Below, piece after piece: positions 17,210 through 23,808 of a stretch of 32,000 nt of DNA (position 1 is its first letter; each line of letters starts with the position of its first letter). This stretch comes from an uncultured Candidatus Binatia bacterium. GTDB lineage: Bacteria > Desulfobacterota > Binatia > Bin18. A program made the translations under genes and the position numbers. The stretch spans positions 664,717 to 696,716 of the forward strand of contig CBDCPK010000005.1 in the NCBI GenBank assembly GCA_965220195.1, read 5' to 3'. Below the pieces are notes generated by a model. The model was not told the DNA's origin. It did no database searches and saw only the letters and a list, made by a program, of their open reading frames with translations.

Positions 17210-19524
17210 TGATTCTGGTGCCGACGAGTGTAGGGCGGGAGCAGGGCCTGACAGGTGTTCAGATAGCGGGGAGAGTAGGCCACAATATCAGTCAGGGGGT
17301 CGGTGATGAGTTTAATAAACCAGATCAGGGAAACCCGAAAATCGTGCACCCAGATGAGATAGGCCACACGTCCGGTCACCACCACCAGCGTGAGGACAAA
17401 CCATTGCTGCGCAATGGCCGCAATCTGGGTGGTCAGGAACGTCAGCGTCCAGTCCCCGGCAAAGCCCATATGCAACACCGGGATTAGTACATAGGCGGCA
17501 ACAATGAGTGATTTGTTACGCGTGTTGAACCCTAAGAGCAGGGCCTCTTTGTCGTGACAGGGCGGCTCAATGAGCGCATGCCCAGCCTGACGCACCAGGA
17601 GTGCGGCCAGACTCCCGCAGACTGCCGTCGTCAAATCCGAGAACAGCAGTACATAGCAATACAGAAAGACACTTGAACTCAGAATGTGAAAAATTTGATT
17701 CACCGCATTGCTATGCGAAGCGACGTGGTCGTCTTTTTTCCGCTGCATGACCTCTGCGTAAAAACTTTGGATCGGTCGGGGCACCGGTATCAGACTGCCG
17801 AGCATTTCTCGCACCAGACGAGATCGCATTCTTTTCTCCCTTCCTGGTTGTTCGTGTTCGCTTAACCACCATCCATCGTGTTTCATCTTCAGCGCCGCTG
17901 TGAACAGCTTGGCTTGCAACTCCTGGTAGTCTTCCCGGGTAAAGTCAAGGCTGCTTAAGCAGCGCCCTGTGCCCACCCAACTCAAGGTCAGGCTCTCAGC
18001 GCGTAGATAGTATTGCAGGAGCCAGTTATATCGACTCGGTTCCTGAAAGAGCACGGTCCAGACGGTCACGAGGTGCACAACTCGTACCGGGAGTCGGGTG
18101 TCTGCGAGTTTTTGGTTCGTCTCCTGGGCCCATTGGCTGCACTGTCGGGCCGCCTGAGCGTAGAGCGTAGCCGTAGCGGGCTGGATTGCCCAACATAAAA
18201 ACTCGTACATGGTCCCCATCACCAGCGGATGGGCAGAGAACGTCCCGATAATGTACGCGATGCGCATAGGATGCGCGGGATCAAAGCGACGCATGAGCGC
18301 CGCCGTACCGCACACCACGCCAATAGGCATCCCGCCGGCGACGGTTTTGCCGTACACCACCATGTCCGCCTGGATGCCAAAGTATTCCTGGGCTCCACCT
18401 GGGGCGAGACGAAAGCCCGTGTACACTTCGTCAAAAATCAGAGGAATATCATTGGCGGTACATACCTGTCGCAATTGATGCAGCCAGTCTGTGTAGGGGG
18501 CGTGGGCGTCTCGTGTTTTTCCGACCACGTCGCGGACAGCACTGGTCAGCAGGACGGCATCGCTGGGTGGAGGCGAGTTGGGGTGAAATGACTGCACTGG
18601 ATTCACCAGAACGGCGGCAATCTCCTTGGCTCGCCGCCGCAACACAGTGAGCGAAGCCGGGTGCATGTCTTTGAGCGTCAAACAGTCACTGAGGTCCCGC
18701 TCACTGCCCAGCCCCGGCTGTACGCCATCCCACCAGCCGTGATAGGCGCCCGAGAAGCAGACGATCAGCTTTTTCCGCGTATTAAACCGGGCGAGACGAA
18801 CCGCGGCCATCACCGCTTCGGTGCCACTCATGTGAAAAGAGACCTCGTCAAGCTTGGAAATGGACTTGAGCATGGCCACATTGTCCGCCACCAGCGGATG
18901 CAACGGTCCAAGCACTGACCCCAGGTCTTTTACACGCTCCCACCCCTTTTGCACCCACTCTTTATAGCGATCAAAGCCGGCGACATTGACGCCATAGGAG
19001 CCGCTCACATCGAGCGTCCAGCGTTCGTCCAAGTCGCGCAGCTTCGGGCCGTCCGAGGCAGTCACTACTGAGCACAGGTTAAACTTCTCGCGGACGACAC
19101 GCCTGAAGGGGAAAGGTACCCGATTGGCGTCAGTAAAGCGTAAGTCGGAAAAGCTGTCACGGATGGCATTCCCCCATGCAATTGATCGGGCATGGTGTGC
19201 TCGGAAATAGGTCGCCAAACGAGTGAGGGCGTGTTGGCGCGGCGGTATCCACTTTTCTTCCGCCCCGTCTGCGCGAAAGAATTCCTCGTCCGAATAATCG
19301 CGTGACTTGACCCATTTCGACAGGAGTCGAGAGAAAAACGGGACGAAGGCCACGGCGCGCACGGTCAGCAGCCCAGTCAGCAGCCGGCGTCCGACGGACA
19401 GCACAACAAAGCCACCTACCACGAGCCCGAGGCCCAGCCAGAAGTCGTCCAAGGCAAACGTCCATGGGGCTGTCGAGTCTATACCGAAATACGCGAGCCA
19501 GCTCTGTCCTCTATCGTACAGCAT
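17206..19524 (-). CDS. Three-part membrane protein: N-terminal TM anchor, class-III (GSA-aminomutase-like) PLP aminotransferase, and C-terminal DUF962/Mpo1-like membrane domain
   Basis: Aminotransferase motifs are HMSGTEAVMAAVRLAR, FDEVYTGFR, and the PLP-lysine context VVYGKTVAGGMPIGVV. The C-terminal ~190 aa have SHSNAVNQIFH and GHALIEPP motifs resembling DUF962/Mpo1 (H-x-N-x2-N-x3-H, GH..E), plus about 4 TM segments. Confidence 0.65.
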   Translation of the reverse strand: MLYDRGQSWLAYFGIDSTAPWTFALDDFWLGLGLVVGGFVVLSVGRRLLTGLLTVRAVAFVPFFSRLLSKWVKSRDYSDEEFFRADGAEEKWIPPRQHALTRLATYFRAHHARSIAWGNAIRDSFSDLRFTDANRVPFPFRRVVREKFNLCSVVTASDGPKLRDLDERWTLDVSGSYGVNVAGFDRYKEWVQKGWERVKDLGSVLGPLHPLVADNVAMLKSISKLDEVSFHMSGTEAVMAAVRLARFNTRKKLIVCFSGAYHGWWDGVQPGLGSERDLSDCLTLKDMHPASLTVLRRRAKEIAAVLVNPVQSFHPNSPPPSDAVLLTSAVRDVVGKTRDAHAPYTDWLHQLRQVCTANDIPLIFDEVYTGFRLAPGGAQEYFGIQADMVVYGKTVAGGMPIGVVCGTAALMRRFDPAHPMRIAYIIGTFSAHPLVMGTMYEFLCWAIQPATATLYAQAARQCSQWAQETNQKLADTRLPVRVVHLVTVWTVLFQEPSRYNWLLQYYLRAESLTLSWVGTGRCLSSLDFTREDYQELQAKLFTAALKMKHDGWWLSEHEQPGREKRMRSRLVREMLGSLIPVPRPIQSFYAEVMQRKKDDHVASHSNAVNQIFHILSSSVFLYCYVLLFSDLTTAVCGSLAALLVRQAGHALIEPPCHDKEALLLGFNTRNKSLIVAAYVLIPVLHMGFAGDWTLTFLTTQIAAIAQQWFVLTLVVVTGRVAYLIWVHDFRVSLIWFIKLITDPLTDIVAYSPRYLNTCQALLPPYTRRHQNQ

Positions 19525-19593
19525 GTCGATCTCGTCCTTTCATGAAATGACCAATGAAGCGTTCATACAGGGGATTCGTCCGAACCTGTTTGT

Positions 19594-20418
19594 TTACGCG
19601 CATTCGCGCAATGTTATGCGATCACTAACCGTGATGAATGTTGCTGGTGTCTCCGTCCAGCAGCCCGTGTTATAGTAGGCCACCCCGGCAGATTGTTGAG
19701 ACATGGGATAATGCGTATGCCCGCAGAAAATCTGGGTCGCATCCCGTTTTTTCGCATACGATAATGCGCCCCAGGCTATCTGCTCGGATATACGCAGCCA
19801 CGTTTTGCTGCTGTGCTTGAGGAGACGGCTCAAACGGTAGTGACGTGGCTCAATGCGTTGGATGGTTCGATAGAGCTGATCCGCAGGACCGGTGATATAC
19901 GGATAGCGGGTAATGAAGGTATCAAACTGATGCCCGTGCAAGGCCAGCAACTTTTTTCCTCCATGGACCCATTCATACTGTTTGTAGATCGGAATCCCGA
20001 GAAAGGTCTGGATCACTTTGGAGAGCAGCCGATCATGGTTCCCTTCAACCCAGACCACCTCAATACCGCTCTGGGGCGCCGCCAGCTTTTGCACATGGGA
20101 GAGCAGACTCCAGTGACTTGGATGGAGTTTGGCAAAATTAAGATCGTCAAAGATATCGCCGAGCAGGATGAGCCGGTTAAACGTCAAGCGCTTGAGAGTA
20201 GCGAGTAGCGCATCCGCTCGGCTCACTCCGGTTCCTAAATGCACATCAGAGACAATGAGCGTGTCGACAACGTCAGAGACTACTCGCCGCTCTGCGGGGA
20301 GGGAGTTGCCTGGGGAGGGAGTTGTGCGCTTGAGTAGCGGAATGAAGAGCTGGGAAGACTGGGAGAAATGACCAAGCAGCTTCTGGTCTCCTACCCGCCT
20401 CGCAATACCTCGTGCCAC
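19594..20418 (-). CDS. Calcineurin-like metallophosphoesterase, LpxH/PlcP-like (candidate phospholipase C for lipid remodelling)
   Basis: All the metallophosphoesterase motifs are present: SDVHLG, LLGDIFD, VEGNHD, LHGHQFD and CGHTHYP. The GTG start at 20418 has no clear SD, so the start is uncertain. Confidence 0.65.
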   Translation of the reverse strand: MARGIARRVGDQKLLGHFSQSSQLFIPLLKRTTPSPGNSLPAERRVVSDVVDTLIVSDVHLGTGVSRADALLATLKRLTFNRLILLGDIFDDLNFAKLHPSHWSLLSHVQKLAAPQSGIEVVWVEGNHDRLLSKVIQTFLGIPIYKQYEWVHGGKKLLALHGHQFDTFITRYPYITGPADQLYRTIQRIEPRHYRLSRLLKHSSKTWLRISEQIAWGALSYAKKRDATQIFCGHTHYPMSQQSAGVAYYNTGCWTETPATFITVSDRITLRECA

Positions 20419-20534
20419 GGGGCTGAATATGAGGAACGTATGTTACACTGGAGTCTCCCAGGGCTGAAACTTCCATGACACAGGACAGAGCGCAAGAGGC
20501 GCCCCGCAGGTGCTATCGTTCGGCCTATCACTTT

Positions 20535-20574
20535 TTGTCATATTTCCATCTTACAGATGTCATCGTCCTGTCAT
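20535..20574 (+). promoter_or_regulatory. Pho-box array in the divergent intergenic region
   Basis: The plus strand reads TTGTCAT ATTT CCATCTT ACAG ATGTCAT CGTC CTGTCAT, with heptamers at 20535, 20546, 20557 and 20568 (11-bp phase). TGATAT lies ~12 bp downstream as a possible -10. Confidence 0.7.
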
Positions 20575-20623
20575 CTGGAGTGAATGATATAGGGGGATCA
20601 AAACAAAAAAAGAGAGCTGCCTT

Positions 20624-20953
20624 ATGTCCGATCTTTTGTCTACGCTGCTGAGGGGAGCCACAGCAGAGCACGAGGAGGGAAGAACGCGCTATGATACCGT
20701 CCTGACAGGGCTCTGCCGCGTGACCCTGAGCTTACTCATCATAGCCGGAGGCACCCTAGCTACGCTCTCCGTACAGGGCGGACCTACCCGCCCGGACGCG
20801 CGCATCCTTGTGGGCTTGGGTCTCCTCCTGTTCGGAGTCGGGCTGGTCTTCTTGACCCTCCGGAAGATACGCGCACTGACTGCGGCAATGTCCTTGAGGC
20901 GGAGACACACAGGGGACTTCGCGAAGCCCCCTGTGTCCCACCCAGCAGCCTAG
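20624..20953 (+). CDS. Hypothetical small membrane protein (2 predicted TM segments)
   Basis: 109-aa ORF with two hydrophobic segments (VTLSLLIIAGGTLATL and ILVGLGLLLFGVGLVFLTL). It lies 50 bp downstream of the plus-strand Pho-box array. The SD (AGAGAG) is weak and I recognise no homology. Confidence 0.4.
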   Translation: MSDLLSTLLRGATAEHEEGRTRYDTVLTGLCRVTLSLLIIAGGTLATLSVQGGPTRPDARILVGLGLLLFGVGLVFLTLRKIRALTAAMSLRRRHTGDFAKPPVSHPAA

Positions 20954-20991
20954 CGGCCTGTCTCGCTCCGCACCGATCATCCGTAGGGGAC

Positions 20992-21033
20992 AAAAAAAGG
21001 CCCGCAGGAAAAAGGAGGGGAAACCTACGGGCC
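20992..21033 (-). terminator. Candidate intrinsic terminator for the mgtE-lipoprotein unit
   Basis: On the minus strand GGCCCGTAGG-N15-CCTGCGGGCC forms a 10-bp stem with 1 mismatch, followed by TTTTTTTG. Confidence 0.5.
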
Positions 21034-21191
21034 TCAATACACGCCGAGTCGGGGAGAACTCAGCTATGTATATCTGTGTTTGCGGAGTTTATACAGGGCT
21101 TATAGCATGGCGATATAGGCTTGGGAAGATAACTCAGCCTGAATTATGTGAATGTCTATTATTAGAGAAATTGATAGGTCGATGCCTGTCA

Positions 21192-21821
21192 TTACAATTC
21201 TTTCAGAATCTCCGCTCGTTTCCGTTCGTATTCTTCGGTGTTGAGATAGCCCTGGTCTCGCAGTCGCTCAATATCCTTCAGGCGCTCCTCCGGGAGGCGT
21301 TCCGGGGGAGCGAGCGCGGCCTCGCGGAGTTGACGTTTCTCTTGTCCCGTGAGCGGACGACCGGCCAAGTAGGCCTGAACATGCTCCCGGACCGGGTCCA
21401 GCAGAGCGCGTGGGAGGGCACCTTCGTCGTCCCCCCCGACCGGCCCCCCATCCGAAACCAGGACGGCACTCCTCCCTTGTGTGGTGTAAATCATAATGTC
21501 GTGTTTGGCATACCCGAACCAGTGCTCTTCAAACGGGTTCAACAGATGAACGAAATACGTGCCGCCATGGTGTTTATTGACTGTATCGCGCGCGTGCCAG
21601 CCTGCGGCTTTTGCAGCCTGGATCACGAGGGCAGCAAGTTGCTCCGCGGGGATAGAAAACTCAATGGCCTGATTGTCGTCCGACCAGATGCCCCCTGGGT
21701 CCAGCTTCCCTTCTTGGGCGAGCTGTGCCACCGGCGTATGGATTGACGCAGGCGGGAGAGCTGGTGTCAGGGTTTCAGCGCAGCCGGCGAGGCATAGACT
21801 GATGATTGTCAGGTGACGCAT
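21192..21821 (-). CDS. Hypothetical lipoprotein with C-terminal SHOCT-like domain
   Basis: Has a signal peptide with lipobox (ISLCLAGC). The C-terminus LKDIERLRDQGYLNTEEYERKRAEILKEL resembles the SHOCT short C-terminal domain. It lies 9 nt downstream of mgtE. Confidence 0.55.
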   Translation of the reverse strand: MRHLTIISLCLAGCAETLTPALPPASIHTPVAQLAQEGKLDPGGIWSDDNQAIEFSIPAEQLAALVIQAAKAAGWHARDTVNKHHGGTYFVHLLNPFEEHWFGYAKHDIMIYTTQGRSAVLVSDGGPVGGDDEGALPRALLDPVREHVQAYLAGRPLTGQEKRQLREAALAPPERLPEERLKDIERLRDQGYLNTEEYERKRAEILKEL

Positions 21822-21830
21822 GTCGCCCCT

Positions 21831-23228
21831 TCAGACAAATTGCAGAAACAGGGTCAGAATGCCCAAAAAAGACAAAAAGCCAAAGATATCGGTGCACGCG
21901 GTCACAAACACGTTTGAGGCCACCGCCGGATCAACCCCCAAACGACGGAGAGTCAGGGGGACCATACTCCCAACAAAGGCCGCAATGATCAGGTTGGCCA
22001 GCAGCGCCAGCGCCAGCACGACACCCAGTGTGGCATCACCCTTCCACAGATAGGCAACGATGCCGGCCGCACAGCCAAGGGCAAGACCATTGCCCAGCGC
22101 GATGGTCAGTTCCTTGACTAACACCCGCTTGGTTTGGGTCAGTGGGACTTCCCCAAGCGCAATACCCCGCACGATAACGGTCAGCGTTTGCACGCCGGCA
22201 TTCCCGCCTTGGGCTGCGACAATCGTCATAAAGGCCGCGGCAATGGCAATTTGCTGAATCGTCCCCTCAAAAAAGGCAATGACCAGAGCGCTCAGCGTGG
22301 TAGTCACCAAATTGAGTGCCAGCCAGGGCAGGCGCAGACGGATGGACTGCCAAGGCGAGTCCAGCACTTCTTCCTCTTCATCGAGACCGGCAAGCTTATA
22401 AATGTCTTCCGTCGCCTCCTCCTCCATGACATCCACCACGTCATCAACCGTAATACGCCCGAGTAAGCACCCTTCGCTATCGACTACGGGCAGAGAAATC
22501 AGGTCATATTTTTTAAACATCTGGGCGACCTGTTCCTGGTCCAGGTCAACCCGAACCGAAATAACCTGCTGGTCCATGACGGTTTCGACGAGATCAGTCG
22601 GGCGGGCGAGAATAAACTTTCTGAGGGGGAGGACGCCAACGAGGCGATTGGTGGTATTAACGATAAAGACGCTGTGGATATCTGGTATTTCATCGCTCCG
22701 ACTGCGAATCATCTCAGTGGCCTGGTCGATACGCGTCCCTTGGGATACGGCCATATACTCGACCTGCATGATCCCGCCAGCCGTATCCTCGGGATAGCGT
22801 AAGAGTTGGGTGACTTCGTCGGACACGTCCTGCGGCACTTCGTCAAGGACCGCCTTGGCACGGCGGGCCGACAGGGAGGCCAGCAGATCCGCAGCATCAT
22901 CAGAGTCAAGATATTCGAGCAGGTCCCCGAGCCCGTCATCCGACAGACGTTCGACAAGATCGTCTTGGGTGTGTGCGGAAACGAGACTCAAGACTTCGGC
23001 TGCTTGCGGTGCAGCCAGAAAGCCGAACACCTTAAACTTCACCTCGGGCTCTTCCAGCACATTCAATAACTCTGCGGTGTCCGCCGGATGGAGGGCGGCT
23101 ATCCCTGTCCGCACCATCTCGTCCTGACCCAACTCAGCCTGAATGACGAGATGTTCGAGGGAAGGCGGTTGCGGAGGTTCCTGAGGAGAGGCCGCTGCAA
23201 CCGGCGGATATGTCGTCTGCACTTCCAT
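21831..23228 (-). CDS. mgtE: Magnesium transporter MgtE
   Basis: Has the MgtE N-domain (LHPADTAELL), tandem CBS region and C-terminal 5-TM channel domain. The start was set at ATG 23228 (MEVQTTY). The longer ORF to 23387 reads through the palindromic repeat. Confidence 0.85.
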   Translation of the reverse strand: MEVQTTYPPVAAASPQEPPQPPSLEHLVIQAELGQDEMVRTGIAALHPADTAELLNVLEEPEVKFKVFGFLAAPQAAEVLSLVSAHTQDDLVERLSDDGLGDLLEYLDSDDAADLLASLSARRAKAVLDEVPQDVSDEVTQLLRYPEDTAGGIMQVEYMAVSQGTRIDQATEMIRSRSDEIPDIHSVFIVNTTNRLVGVLPLRKFILARPTDLVETVMDQQVISVRVDLDQEQVAQMFKKYDLISLPVVDSEGCLLGRITVDDVVDVMEEEATEDIYKLAGLDEEEEVLDSPWQSIRLRLPWLALNLVTTTLSALVIAFFEGTIQQIAIAAAFMTIVAAQGGNAGVQTLTVIVRGIALGEVPLTQTKRVLVKELTIALGNGLALGCAAGIVAYLWKGDATLGVVLALALLANLIIAAFVGSMVPLTLRRLGVDPAVASNVFVTACTDIFGFLSFLGILTLFLQFV

Positions 23229-23243
23229 GCGTCGTCTCGCTTC

Positions 23244-23297
23244 AAAGAGGAAACGTGTCCAGCATCTCTCTATCATTGGAGAGCACGTTTCCTCTTT
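23244..23297. repeat. Palindromic ~55-bp element, copy 2
   Basis: Sequence is AAAGAGGAAACGTGTCC AGCATCTCTCTATCATTGGA GAGCACGTTTCCTCTTT. It starts 16 bp upstream of the mgtE ATG. Confidence 0.85.
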
Positions 23298-23380
23298 TCG
23301 TCCGAACTGTAGCTGCCAAATCACAAAAGATGAATGGCCTGGAATGAGATGAGAGCGCCCAGAGCGGGTGTGACCTAACA

Positions 23381-23420
23381 GCGTCACACATTTTTCATCG
23401 TAGCGTCACAATGTTGTCAT
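23381..23420 (+). promoter_or_regulatory. Pho-box array, distal unit upstream of ppk1
   Basis: Reads GCGTCAC ACAT TTTTCAT CGTA GCGTCAC AATG TTGTCAT, with heptamers at 23381, 23392, 23403 and 23414 (11-bp phase). Confidence 0.55.
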
Positions 23421-23446
23421 ACAATGAGGAAACATAGGGGCAGGAA

Positions 23447-23545
23447 ACGCTATCCCTACCCCCCGGCGCTGGTAGGCGCCGTGCCGATCCGCCTCCCTAG
23501 GATCACACGCCCTACCAGCGCGCCCCCACTATCGTGGACTCCTAT
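23447..23545 (+). repeat. Structured ~95-bp direct repeat, copy A
   Basis: Nearly identical to 23614-23707. It contains competing pairings: CCTACC (23455) with GGTAGG (23471), CGGCGC (23464) with GCGCCG (23476), CGCTGGTAGG (23467) with CCTACCAGCG (23511), and GATCC (23486) with GGATC (23500). Confidence 0.8.
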
Positions 23546-23552
23546 ACTGCAT

Positions 23553-23592
23553 GGATCATCAGATTTTCACCGACCTGTCACTCCTATGTAAA
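23553..23592 (+). promoter_or_regulatory. Pho-box array, proximal unit upstream of ppk1
   Basis: Reads GGATCAT CAGA TTTTCAC CGAC CTGTCAC TCCT ATGTAAA, with heptamers at 23553, 23564, 23575 and 23586 (11-bp phase). Confidence 0.65.
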
Positions 23593-23613
23593 ATCTCTTC
23601 GATAGGACAGAAG

Positions 23614-23707
23614 ACGCTATCCCTACCCCCCGGCGCTGGTAGGTGCCGTGTCGATCTCCCTCCCTAGGATCACACGCCCTGGCAGCGCCCCTTCCTCTCG
23701 CTCCTAT
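23614..23707 (+). repeat. Structured ~95-bp direct repeat, copy B (likely part of the ppk1 5' leader)
   Basis: Sequence ACGCTATCCCTACCCCCCGGCGCTGGTAGGTGCCGTG...CCCTAGGATCACACGCCCT... matches copy A with a few substitutions and indels. It begins ~21 bp after the proximal Pho-box array. Confidence 0.8.
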
Positions 23708-23808
23708 GAACTCGTATCGGTTCGTGTAGCGCAGGATTCGGGTATTCTCTACGGGGTTGCTATTCAGCGGGCTGAGCTTATATCTATCGTTGTCGGATCG
23801 TACACCGG

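Noticed and set aside
21186-21192. A perfect CTGTCAT heptamer near the end of the lipoprotein gene, considered as a Pho box.
   Set aside because: It is a single heptamer with no acceptable phased partner (the next heptamer is ATTCTTT). It overlaps a stop codon and does not sit in a promoter position.
23368-23395. The hairpin GTGTGAC-N8-GTCACAC followed by ATTTTT, read as a plus-strand terminator or the end of an sRNA antisense to the mgtE leader.
   Set aside because: No plus-strand gene or promoter lies upstream. The right arm and T-run coincide with the first two heptamers (GCGTCAC, TTTTCAT) of the distal Pho-box array, which explains the sequence better.
23229-23447. An M-box (Mg2+) riboswitch upstream of mgtE.
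   Set aside because: I could not find the characteristic conserved M-box segments on the minus strand. The region is instead occupied by the palindromic element and plus-strand Pho boxes. A covariance-model scan would be the decisive test.
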